Source: Clostridia bacterium (GTDB lineage Bacteria > Bacillota > Clostridia > Oscillospirales > CAG-272). From it: 45,907 bases of DNA. Below the pieces are notes generated by a model. The model was not told the DNA's origin and did not search any database. It worked only from the letters and a program-made list of their open reading frames with translations. The translations under genes were made by a program, and so were the position numbers. The stretch is taken from assembly GCA_017457465.1 (NCBI GenBank), contig JAFTHJ010000048.1, positions 1 through 45,907 of the forward strand, written 5' to 3'. Shown one piece after another: positions 9,186 to 16,120 of the stretch. How positions within the stretch are numbered: the stretch's first letter is position 1; every line of letters starts with the position of its first letter.

Positions 9186-9260
9186 GGCAGGGGCAGAAGG
9201 ACTTGAACCCACGACACCCAGTTTTGGAGACTGGTGTTCTACCGACTGAACTATACCCCT
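9185..9260 (-). tRNA. tRNA-Trp (anticodon CCA)
   Basis: Manual cloverleaf: AGGGGTA TA GTTC AGTCGGTA GAAC A CCAGT CTCCAAA ACTGG GTGTC GTGGG TTCAAGT CCTTC TGCCCCT G CCA. CCA is encoded. It closely resembles Bacillus tRNA-Trp. The T-stem carries one T:T mismatch. Confidence 0.9.
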
Positions 9261-9278
9261 ATATTTGACAGCCTTACT

Positions 9279-9307
9279 ATTATAGCACAGGAAAATCGCT
9301 TTTGCAA
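9279..9307 (-). promoter_or_regulatory. sigma-A promoter for tRNA-Trp
   Basis: On the minus strand: TTGCAA (9302-9307), 17 nt, TATAAT (9279-9284). It lies about 19 nt upstream of the mature tRNA 5' end. Confidence 0.65.
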
Positions 9308-9378
9308 TACTTTTTTCAATAATTTTTTGAAAAAGATAAAAATTAATCGTACAAAAAATAAAATAAACGGCTTTTAGG

Positions 9379-9407
9379 TTGACAATTTTCCTCTTTTGTG
9401 GTATCAT
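9379..9407 (+). promoter_or_regulatory. sigma-A promoter (extended -10) for the tRNA-Leu transcription unit
   Basis: TTGACA (9379-9384), 17 nt, then TGgTATCAT (-10 at 9402-9407). Confidence 0.7.
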
Positions 9408-9467
9408 ATTTGAGCGGCAAACACTTATTACTTCTTCACTATTAACTCTTACTTTTTACTTCAATGT

Positions 9468-9482
9468 GCGGGTGTGGCGGAA
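9468..9482 (+). repeat. 15-nt exact copy of the tRNA-Leu 5' end (acceptor and D-arm start)
   Basis: GCGGGTGTGGCGGAA at 9468-9482 equals 9617-9631. A second short match, GCAGAC(A)GCGC at 9551-9561, resembles the D-loop/stem GCAGACGCGC. No anticodon or T-arm follows. Confidence 0.7.
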
Positions 9483-9616
9483 CAAGCCCCCCCGGGCGAA
9501 GCAAGAACGCCTTGCGTTCTTGGTACGGAGCGAACCTGTGAGCTTCGTGTGCAGACAGCGCTTGCGCGGAAGCTTTTTCTATGGAGAAAGCTGATTTTTG
9601 AAAATAATTTAATAAT

Positions 9617-9699
9617 GCGGGTGTGGCGGAATTGGCAGACGCGCAAGATTTAGGATCTTGTGTTAATTCGTGCAGGTTCAAGTCCTGTCACCCGCACCA
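9617..9699 (+). tRNA. tRNA-Leu (anticodon TAG), type II with long variable arm
   Basis: GCGGGTG TG GCG GAATTGGCAGA CGC G CAAGA TTTAGGA TCTTG (variable arm) GCAGG TTCAAGT CCTGT CACCCGC A CCA. The D-arm is near-identical to E. coli tRNA-Leu. Confidence 0.92.
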
Positions 9700-9924
9700 G
9701 TCGGCAGTGCCGACAGCCAATGTCGCTGTTTGTACTGCCGAATTTCTTTGTTCATCACCCGAGGGCGAAGTTTGTTATGAACACTCGTTTGTTCCATACA
9801 GAGTTATCTGATGCCGAGCCTCATCACACAATGGTGGGGTTCAGATTTATTTTTGTTCACCGAACCAAAAAAGAAACTGACTTTTGGATACCTGCCGTAA
9901 AGCAGTTCCGTAGTAAACTTAAAA

Positions 9925-9950
9925 GGACGAGAGTTTTCTCGTCCTTTTTT
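9925..9950 (+). terminator. rho-independent terminator ending the tRNA-Leu unit
   Basis: Stem GGACGAGA / TCTCGTCC with a GTTT loop, followed by T6. Confidence 0.75.
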
Positions 9951-9975
9951 GCACACTTCCTTGTCCCGTAAAGTA

Positions 9976-10004
9976 TTGAAAAACCACTATGAATATGTTA
10001 TAAT
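9976..10004 (+). promoter_or_regulatory. sigma-A promoter for the GH43 gene
   Basis: TTGAAA (9976-9981), 17 nt, TATAAT (9999-10004). A GGGAGGAG ribosome-binding site precedes the ATG at 10040. Confidence 0.65.
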
Positions 10005-10039
10005 ACAATCCAAAAGCAAATTATTGGGAGGAGTAAAGT

Positions 10040-11554
10040 ATGAAATATCAAAATCCAATTATTTCGGGCTTTAATCCCGATCCGAGTATATGTCGTGCGG
10101 GGGATGATTTCTATCTTGTAACATCAACCTTTGAGTATTTTCCGGGAGTGCCGATATATCACAGTAAAAATCTTGTCAATTGGGAGCTGATAAACTATTG
10201 TCTCACCGAGGACGAGCAGCTTCCTCTGCAAAACGTCAAACCGTCGGGCGGCATTTACGCGCCGACTATCAGATACCACGACGGAATCTTTTTTATGGTC
10301 ACCACCAACACTACCGCCGGCGGTAATTTTATAGTACATACGAAGGATATCCGCGGAAAATGGAGCAGCCCCGCGTGGGTCAAGCAGAAGGGAATCGATC
10401 CGTCGCTTTATTGGGATGATGACGGCGTTTGCTACTTTATGTCAACAGCCTCGGACGATGAGATTCCAAAGAGAGGAATATATCTGTCCACCGTTGATCC
10501 TTTCACGGGGGAGATGCTCTCGCCCTCCCGCCTCATTTCTACGGGTTGTGGCGGAAGAAGCTATGAGGCGCCGCATATTTATAAGCGCGGAGATTGGTAT
10601 TATCTGATGCTCGCCGAGGGCGGAACCGAGTACGGACATATGGAGACCTTGCAGAGATCGAAAAATATATACGGACCTTACGAACCCGCTCCCAACAATC
10701 CTATTCTGACACACCGCCATATAAGAAATCCCATTCAGGCAACAGGACACGCCGATCTCGTTGAGGATCAGAACGGCAACTGGTGGCTAGTCTGCCTTGG
10801 CGTTCGACCTATCGTTCCCGTATTTACTCTTCATAATCTTGGCAGAGAGACCTTCCTGTCCCCTGTCGTGTGGAATGATGACAGCTGGCTCGTTGTGGGA
10901 AATAACGGCACAATAAGCCTTGAAATGGACGGGCCTCTCCCTGGGGCTGCGCCGACTGATGTCTGCCGTGATTTTGTTGATGATTTTGAGGCTGGTACAC
11001 TCAATAAGCATTGGAATTTCGTTCGAAATCCAATGCCCGAACGCTATCTGTTAGCAAACGGAGCCATCACACTGAAGGGCTCGGAAGAACGGCTCTCGTC
11101 CCCCAATGGACACCCCACGATGATTGTTACACGGCAGAAGGAATTTGATATGCAAGTCACCGCCGATATGCGCGGGGAAATAGTTTCAGAACAGTGCTCG
11201 GGGCTGTCTGTCTTTTACAACGAGGATTATCATTATGATATATTTGTAACGCACGAGAACGGCGAATATTGCGTTTGTCTGCGTAAGCGTGTAGCCGATA
11301 TCGAGCTTATAAGCGCGAAGCATAAGATAGATTACAAAGGGGCTATACGCCTGATGGTTGAAAGTGAGCGCGAGTGGTATACCTTCTTCTATGAAGCAGA
11401 CGGTGATTACATTGAGTTAGGACGCGGAATGACCGCTCCGATATGTACCGAATGTACCCATACGCTGACCTTCACGGGAACGGTTTTCGGTCTGTTCAGC
11501 GAGGGCGGAGAGATATCCTTCGAGCGCTTCAGTGCGAGAGTGACGGAGCAGTAA
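10040..11554 (+). CDS. glycoside hydrolase family 43 beta-xylosidase/alpha-L-arabinofuranosidase
   Basis: 504 aa. The N-terminus NPIISGFNPDPSICRAGDDFYLVTSTFEYFPGVPIYHSKNLVNWE is the classic GH43 five-bladed propeller start, and a C-terminal beta-sandwich domain follows. No signal peptide. Confidence 0.9.
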   Translation: MKYQNPIISGFNPDPSICRAGDDFYLVTSTFEYFPGVPIYHSKNLVNWELINYCLTEDEQLPLQNVKPSGGIYAPTIRYHDGIFFMVTTNTTAGGNFIVHTKDIRGKWSSPAWVKQKGIDPSLYWDDDGVCYFMSTASDDEIPKRGIYLSTVDPFTGEMLSPSRLISTGCGGRSYEAPHIYKRGDWYYLMLAEGGTEYGHMETLQRSKNIYGPYEPAPNNPILTHRHIRNPIQATGHADLVEDQNGNWWLVCLGVRPIVPVFTLHNLGRETFLSPVVWNDDSWLVVGNNGTISLEMDGPLPGAAPTDVCRDFVDDFEAGTLNKHWNFVRNPMPERYLLANGAITLKGSEERLSSPNGHPTMIVTRQKEFDMQVTADMRGEIVSEQCSGLSVFYNEDYHYDIFVTHENGEYCVCLRKRVADIELISAKHKIDYKGAIRLMVESEREWYTFFYEADGDYIELGRGMTAPICTECTHTLTFTGTVFGLFSEGGEISFERFSARVTEQ

Positions 11555-11601
11555 CCGATTTTCAATATCATCTCCAACAATTGAAAAACCATGATAAAAA
11601 C

Positions 11602-11630
11602 CAAGACCATCGGCATAGCCGATGGTCTTG
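11602..11630. terminator. bidirectional terminator between the convergent GH43 and GH51 genes
   Basis: A 13-bp perfect stem (CAAGACCATCGGC / GCCGATGGTCTTG) with a 3-nt loop, with A-rich and T-rich flanks. Confidence 0.75.
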
Positions 11631-11642
11631 ACTTCTTTTATC

Positions 11643-13148
11643 TTACTTAACCTTTATCCTTATAACGTTCCACGAAAAGGGCTCGAGGCTCACGTTCAGT
11701 ATGCCGTCGGAAATCTTTGCCGTGGGCACCGTGTGAGGAAGAATATTGTTCGGATTCTCCTCGGAGTTACAAGCCTTGATGTCCTCCGGGTGACTCATAA
11801 CGATATGCTCTATCATCTCACATTCCGAGAAATCACGCAAGGTCAGAGTCAACTCGTTTTCCTCGTCGGAGGAGCGATTGACCGCGAACACCGTGACTTC
11901 TCCCGCTTCCTCGTTATACACGGCGGCAGTCTCAATATAGGGGACATCGCCGTATTTTTTCGTGTTGTATGTCGGGCACTTGACTATAGGCGTAAGAACT
12001 TTTCCTCTGCCCCAGTTTGACGCGTGTAGGAACGGATAATAGGTAGTCTGCGCCCAGGCGTTTCCGTCCTTCGGCGCCATTATCGGCGCGGCAACATTTA
12101 CGAGCTGCGCAAGACACGCCATCTTGACTCTATTGCTGTTGTTGATAAGCGTTATGAGCATACAGCCGAATACAAGAGCGTCCTCCATCGAATATATATA
12201 TTCCTCTCGCCTCGGTCCGACCGTCCATTTGTTTTCCTCGTTTCCGCTTTGACGAGTCGAGGACTGAACATTCCATTCATCAAAGGAAAGATTTATTGTC
12301 TTTGAGGTCTTCTTTATTCCCTTGACGGTATCGCATATGGCAACGACGGTCTTGATAAATCTATCCATATCCTTGGTCGCTCCGAGATAGGTCATAGTCT
12401 CCTTCTCGCTCCAGCCAAGATAGAGATGCAGAGAAAGGTAATCTATCTTGTCGTACGCCGCCTCAAGCACGGTAAGCTCCCATTTTCCAAAAGTGGGAAT
12501 TCCCCAATAGCTGCTTCCACAGGCAACAAGCTCGATAGAGGGGTCCATCATCTTCATAACTCCCGCCGTTCTTCTCGCGAGGTCGGCATAGTCCTCCATA
12601 GTGCGATAGCCTACCTGCCAGGGTCCGTCCATCTCGTTTCCGAGACACCATACCTTGTCTCCGTAAGGCTTCTCTCTGCCGTTTTCGACGCGCATATTGC
12701 TGTATTTGCTTCCCTTTTCGTGGTTGCAGTATTCAATAAGATTTTTCGCGCTCTCAATGTCACCCGTTCCGAGGTTTACCGCCATCATAACGTCGGTGCC
12801 TACCTTCTCCGCCCACTTGTGGAACTCGTCTGTTCCTATCAGATTAGGCTCAAGAGACTGCCACGCCGCGTCTGTAACAACGGGGCGCTTCTCAACAGGT
12901 CCTACGCCGTCCTCCCAGTTGTAGTTGGAGAGGAAATTTCCGCCGGGATAACGGATTATCGGAATATTCAACGCCTTGACAAGCTCGATAACGTCGCCCC
13001 TGAAGCCGTTCTCGTCAGCCGTGGGGTGCGAGGGCTGGTATATTCCGCCGTAGATGGCGCGTCCCATGTGCTCGATAAACGAGCCGTAAAGCCTTTTGTC
13101 GGTCTTTGCCGTGACAAATTCGCGGTCAAGCGTGATTTTTGCTTTCAT
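11643..13148 (-). CDS. abfA: alpha-L-arabinofuranosidase, GH51
   Basis: 501 aa from the internal ATG (MKAKITLDREFVTAKTDKRLYGSFIEHMGRAIYGGIY), preceded by AGGAGG. GNEMDG (catalytic acid/base region) and the IIRYPGGNF motif are present. Confidence 0.9.
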   Translation of the reverse strand: MKAKITLDREFVTAKTDKRLYGSFIEHMGRAIYGGIYQPSHPTADENGFRGDVIELVKALNIPIIRYPGGNFLSNYNWEDGVGPVEKRPVVTDAAWQSLEPNLIGTDEFHKWAEKVGTDVMMAVNLGTGDIESAKNLIEYCNHEKGSKYSNMRVENGREKPYGDKVWCLGNEMDGPWQVGYRTMEDYADLARRTAGVMKMMDPSIELVACGSSYWGIPTFGKWELTVLEAAYDKIDYLSLHLYLGWSEKETMTYLGATKDMDRFIKTVVAICDTVKGIKKTSKTINLSFDEWNVQSSTRQSGNEENKWTVGPRREEYIYSMEDALVFGCMLITLINNSNRVKMACLAQLVNVAAPIMAPKDGNAWAQTTYYPFLHASNWGRGKVLTPIVKCPTYNTKKYGDVPYIETAAVYNEEAGEVTVFAVNRSSDEENELTLTLRDFSECEMIEHIVMSHPEDIKACNSEENPNNILPHTVPTAKISDGILNVSLEPFSWNVIRIKVK

Positions 13149-13197
13149 ATCTGCCTCCTGATGAAGGTGTCGTATTTCCCCGTTCGGGGTTGTCAAA

Positions 13198-13226
13198 ATT
13201 GTAGCACGGATAATTTTTCGTGTCAA
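13198..13226 (-). promoter_or_regulatory. sigma-A promoter for abfA
   Basis: On the minus strand: TTGACA (13221-13226), 17 nt, TACAAT (13198-13203). A GTGTCAA...TTGACAC inverted repeat overlaps the -35 region and may be an operator. Confidence 0.6.
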
Positions 13227-13316
13227 TAAAAAGTCGGTTTTTGACACACATTATATTGATTAGAACGATGACCTGTGGTATAATTGTCTCATAAAAAAGT
13301 AAAGAGAGGAACTTCT

Positions 13317-13484
13317 ATGGAACCCAGAGATTATACTGTTGAAAAAATAGAGGGCGAATACGCTACACTCCGAGACCTCGAAACGAACGATACCCTGTTT
13401 ATCGCGATGGCTCTGCTCCCCGCGGGGGTGGATATCGGCACACGGCTGCACTACGAAATGCTTGAGTATACGATAATTTCGTGA
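13317..13484 (+). CDS. DUF3006 domain protein
   Basis: 55 aa from the ATG preceded by AGAGAGGAA. The pattern YTVEKIEGEYATL.D.....L.I....LP.G...G fits DUF3006. A TTGATT-17-TGgTATAAT promoter lies at 13256-13284. Confidence 0.55.
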   Translation: MEPRDYTVEKIEGEYATLRDLETNDTLFIAMALLPAGVDIGTRLHYEMLEYTIIS

Positions 13485-13720
13485 TGTGAGATAGTAAGGC
13501 TTTAGAAAATACCCCACTTTCTGCATCATCCCAAGTCGGCTACGCCGCAAAATATAATTATTTTCCACTATATCGGCTTCGCTTTTCGCTATATTTTTCG
13601 ACAAAAAATAAAAATTGTGCGCAACGGGAAATTTTTTCAAAAAATATCTGTACAAACAGAGAAAATAGTGATAAAATAATATTTGATATTTTATATTCAT
13701 AAAGCAAAGGAGTATTGCAA

Positions 13721-14419
13721 ATGAAAAAATTATACGCAGGAAAAACCAAAGACGTTTACGCTCTTGAAAACGGCAACGTGCTGCTCAAGTTCAAGGACGA
13801 TTGCACTGGCAAGGACGGAGTGTTCGACCCCGGTGAGAATACCGTAGGTCTTACTATCGAGGGTATAGGCAAGGCAAATCTCGAAACCTCTATCCACTAT
13901 TTCGAGCTGCTCAAGAAGGCGGGTATCAAAACCCACTATGTAAGCGCAAATATCGATGAGGCTACTATGGAAGTCCTCCCCGCTGAATGCTTCGGAAAGG
14001 ACCTCGGCGGAAACGGACTTGAGGTTATCTGCCGTCTCGTTGCGACAGGAAGCTTTATCCGCAGATACGGCGAGTACATCAAGGACGGAACACCCCTTGT
14101 CGGCGGATATGTTGAGTGTACCTTCAAGAACGACGAAAAGGGCGACCCGCTGGTAACAGGCGAGGGACTCGCGGCTCTCGGAGTTATGACTCCCGCAATG
14201 TTTGAGAGCATGAAGGAGCAGACTCTCAAGATAACAAAGATAGTTGCCGACGACCTCAAGTCTATCGGTCTCGACCTCTGGGATATCAAGTTCGAGTTCG
14301 GATACAACAACGGCGAGGTTATCCTCATCGACGAGATAGCTTCGGGCAATATGCGTGTTTACAAGGACGGCAAGATAGTTGAGCCTGTTGAGCTGACAAA
14401 GCTTATACTTAATAGATAA
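13721..14419 (+). CDS. purC: phosphoribosylaminoimidazole-succinocarboxamide (SAICAR) synthase
   Basis: [26 protein letters not shown] matches the PurC N-terminus. The start is set at the ATG 8 nt after AAAGGAG; the ORF-track start at 13715 is a TTG. Confidence 0.93.
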   Translation: MKKLYAGKTKDVYALENGNVLLKFKDDCTGKDGVFDPGENTVGLTIEGIGKANLETSIHYFELLKKAGIKTHYVSANIDEATMEVLPAECFGKDLGGNGLEVICRLVATGSFIRRYGEYIKDGTPLVGGYVECTFKNDEKGDPLVTGEGLAALGVMTPAMFESMKEQTLKITKIVADDLKSIGLDLWDIKFEFGYNNGEVILIDEIASGNMRVYKDGKIVEPVELTKLILNR

Positions 14420-14433
14420 TTTGCGGAATTCTA

Positions 14434-14462
14434 TTGACATTATTTTTCCGATGTGTTATAAT
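14434..14462 (+). promoter_or_regulatory. consensus sigma-A promoter for scfA
   Basis: TTGACA (14434-14439), 17 nt, TATAAT (14457-14462). Confidence 0.7.
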
Positions 14463-14505
14463 GTCTTGTAAGTTTAAGCAAATCAATACTGCGGAGGATA
14501 TAACA

Positions 14506-14649
14506 ATGAGCAGAATCAAAACAATCAAAACCAAGGATATTGCTAACACCGTAAAGAACGGCGGATGCGGCGAGTGCCAGACCTCCTGCCAGTCCGCTTG
14601 CAAGACTTCTTGCGGCGTTGCAAACCAGCAGTGCGAGAAGGCAGAGTAA
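14506..14649 (+). CDS. scfA: six-cysteine ranthipeptide precursor SCIFF
   Basis: 47 aa: MSRIKTIKTKDIANTVKNGGCGECQTSCQSACKTSCGVANQQCEKAE. The GGCGECQTSCQSACKTSC core and six Cys residues are the SCIFF signature. GGAGGA sits 6 nt upstream of the ATG. Confidence 0.9.
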   Translation: MSRIKTIKTKDIANTVKNGGCGECQTSCQSACKTSCGVANQQCEKAE

Positions 14650-14672
14650 TTCTGTTTTTTCAATAGGATATT

Positions 14673-14718
14673 TTCGGGGGAAGGAAACGCTTCTGTGTGG
14701 AGCTTTCCTTCCCCCGAA
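14673..14718 (+). promoter_or_regulatory. intercistronic stem-loop between precursor and maturase (possible partial terminator or processing site)
   Basis: A perfect 15-bp stem (TTCGGGGGAAGGAAA / TTTCCTTCCCCCGAA) with a 16-nt loop. No U-tract follows it. Confidence 0.6.
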
Positions 14719-14746
14719 GCCTAAAAAAGCTTGATAGGAGATTATT

Positions 14747-16120
14747 ATGGTACATCAGTATAAATTGAACGGATACACTATCGTGCTCGATACCTGCAGC
14801 GGCTCTGTCCACTCGGTCGACGAGGTAGCGTACGACATTATAGAAATGTATAAGACCTCGTCGGCAGAGGAAATCGTAGCGGCTATCCTTGAGAAATACA
14901 AGGATATGCCCGACGTAACCGAGGCGGAGGTGCTTGAGTGCATAGAGGATATCAGAGCGCTCGAGGAGGAGGGAAAGCTCTTCTCGGAGGATAAATACGA
15001 GGCTCTGGCATATAGCCACAAGAACAACAGCAACGTCGTCAAGGCGCTCTGTCTGCACGTGGCTCATACCTGTAATCTGAACTGCTCGTATTGCTTCGCG
15101 AGTCAAGGAAAATATCAGGGTGAACGCGCGATAATGAGCTTTGAGGTCGGTAAACAGGCGTTTGATTTTCTTATCGCGAACTCGGGAACGAGAAGAAATC
15201 TTGAGGTCGACTTCTTCGGCGGAGAACCGATGATGAATTTTGAGGTCGTCAAGCAGCTCGTGGCATACGCGAGAAGCATTGAGAAGGAGCATAATAAGAA
15301 CTTCCGCTTCACTTTCACGACAAACGGCGTACTTCTCGACGATGAGGTAATGGACTTTCTCAACCGCGAAATGAGTAATGTCGTTTTGAGTCTGGACGGA
15401 AGACGCGAGGTGAATGACCACTTCCGACGCGACTATGCGGGTAAGGGCAGCTATGATACCATAGTACCCAAGTTTCAGCGCCTTGTTGAGAAGCGCGGCG
15501 GCAAAAATTATTACGTACGCGGAACATTTACACATAACAATACAGATTTCACAAACGATATACTCCATATGGCAGACCTCGGCTTCACCGAATTGAGTAT
15601 GGAGCCTGTGGTATGTCCGCCCGACGACCCCTATGCGCTTACCGAGGAAGACCTTCCCACCCTCTTTGAGCAGTACGAAATACTCGCCAAGGAGATGATA
15701 AAGCGCAAGAAAGAGGGCAGAGGCTTTACATTCTACCACTATATGCTCGACCTCAAGAACGGTCCCTGCATATACAAGAGAATAACGGGCTGCGGCTCGG
15801 GAACCGAATATATGGCGGTCACTCCGTGGGGTGAGCTTTACCCCTGCCACCAGTTCGTCGGAGACGAGAAATACAGTCTGGGCGATATCTGGAACGGAGT
15901 CAAGAACACCGCCGTTCAGGACGAATTCCGCTCCTGCAACGCATACGCGCGGGAGGAATGCCGCGACTGCTGGGCAAAGCTTTATTGCTCGGGCGGCTGC
16001 GCCGCAAACGCATACCACGCGACGGGAAGCATCGGCGGAATCTACAAGTACGGCTGTGAGCTGTTTAAGAAGCGCATAGAATGCGCCGTTATGATTCAGG
16101 TCGCAGAAGACGAGGAATGA
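14747..16120 (+). CDS. scfB: radical SAM/SPASM thioether-forming SCIFF peptide maturase
   Basis: 457 aa. CNLNCSYC radical SAM cluster motif, C-terminal SPASM cysteines (CGSG...C..C.AK.YC.GGC), and a position directly after scfA. Confidence 0.92.
   Translation: MVHQYKLNGYTIVLDTCSGSVHSVDEVAYDIIEMYKTSSAEEIVAAILEKYKDMPDVTEAEVLECIEDIRALEEEGKLFSEDKYEALAYSHKNNSNVVKALCLHVAHTCNLNCSYCFASQGKYQGERAIMSFEVGKQAFDFLIANSGTRRNLEVDFFGGEPMMNFEVVKQLVAYARSIEKEHNKNFRFTFTTNGVLLDDEVMDFLNREMSNVVLSLDGRREVNDHFRRDYAGKGSYDTIVPKFQRLVEKRGGKNYYVRGTFTHNNTDFTNDILHMADLGFTELSMEPVVCPPDDPYALTEEDLPTLFEQYEILAKEMIKRKKEGRGFTFYHYMLDLKNGPCIYKRITGCGSGTEYMAVTPWGELYPCHQFVGDEKYSLGDIWNGVKNTAVQDEFRSCNAYAREECRDCWAKLYCSGGCAANAYHATGSIGGIYKYGCELFKKRIECAVMIQVAEDEE

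Noticed and set aside
9015-9206. 63-aa ORF with a TTG start 8 nt after AAAGGGGG
   Set aside because: It reads through the bidirectional terminator stem and into the tRNA-Trp gene, has no protein-like features, and its start lies inside the tRNA-derived 16-mer.
9491-9760. Shared GGGCGAAG motif in the tRNA-Leu leader and trailer
   Set aside because: A single 8-mer match between two ~250-nt segments is expected by chance, and the flanks do not align.
9660-9971. 103-aa plus-strand ORF
   Set aside because: It begins inside tRNA-Leu and ends beyond the terminator hairpin. It has no SD sequence.
8979-13260. Integrated prophage or genomic island at the tRNA genes
   Set aside because: Partial tRNA repeats exist, but the window contains no integrase, excisionase, phage or conjugation genes. 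The repeat pairs enclose only about 130-170 nt. I have therefore reported them as scars or structured RNA candidates.
13485-13720. Purine or ZTP riboswitch, or PurBox, upstream of purC
   Set aside because: The region is AT-rich. I could not find the conserved purine-riboswitch junction or ZTP (pfl) motifs, or a clear PurBox, by eye. An Infernal scan would be needed for certainty.
13260-13749. Minus-strand ORFs of 146 aa and 63 aa in the AT-rich purC upstream region
   Set aside because: They overlap the DUF3006 gene in antisense and consist of AT-rich Phe/Ile/Tyr/Asn-biased sequence with no ribosome-binding site.
14660-16018. 452-aa minus-strand ORF
   Set aside because: It is entirely antisense to the well-supported radical SAM maturase scfB. 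The sequence is low-complexity with no recognisable motifs. It is a typical shadow ORF of a GC-biased coding region.
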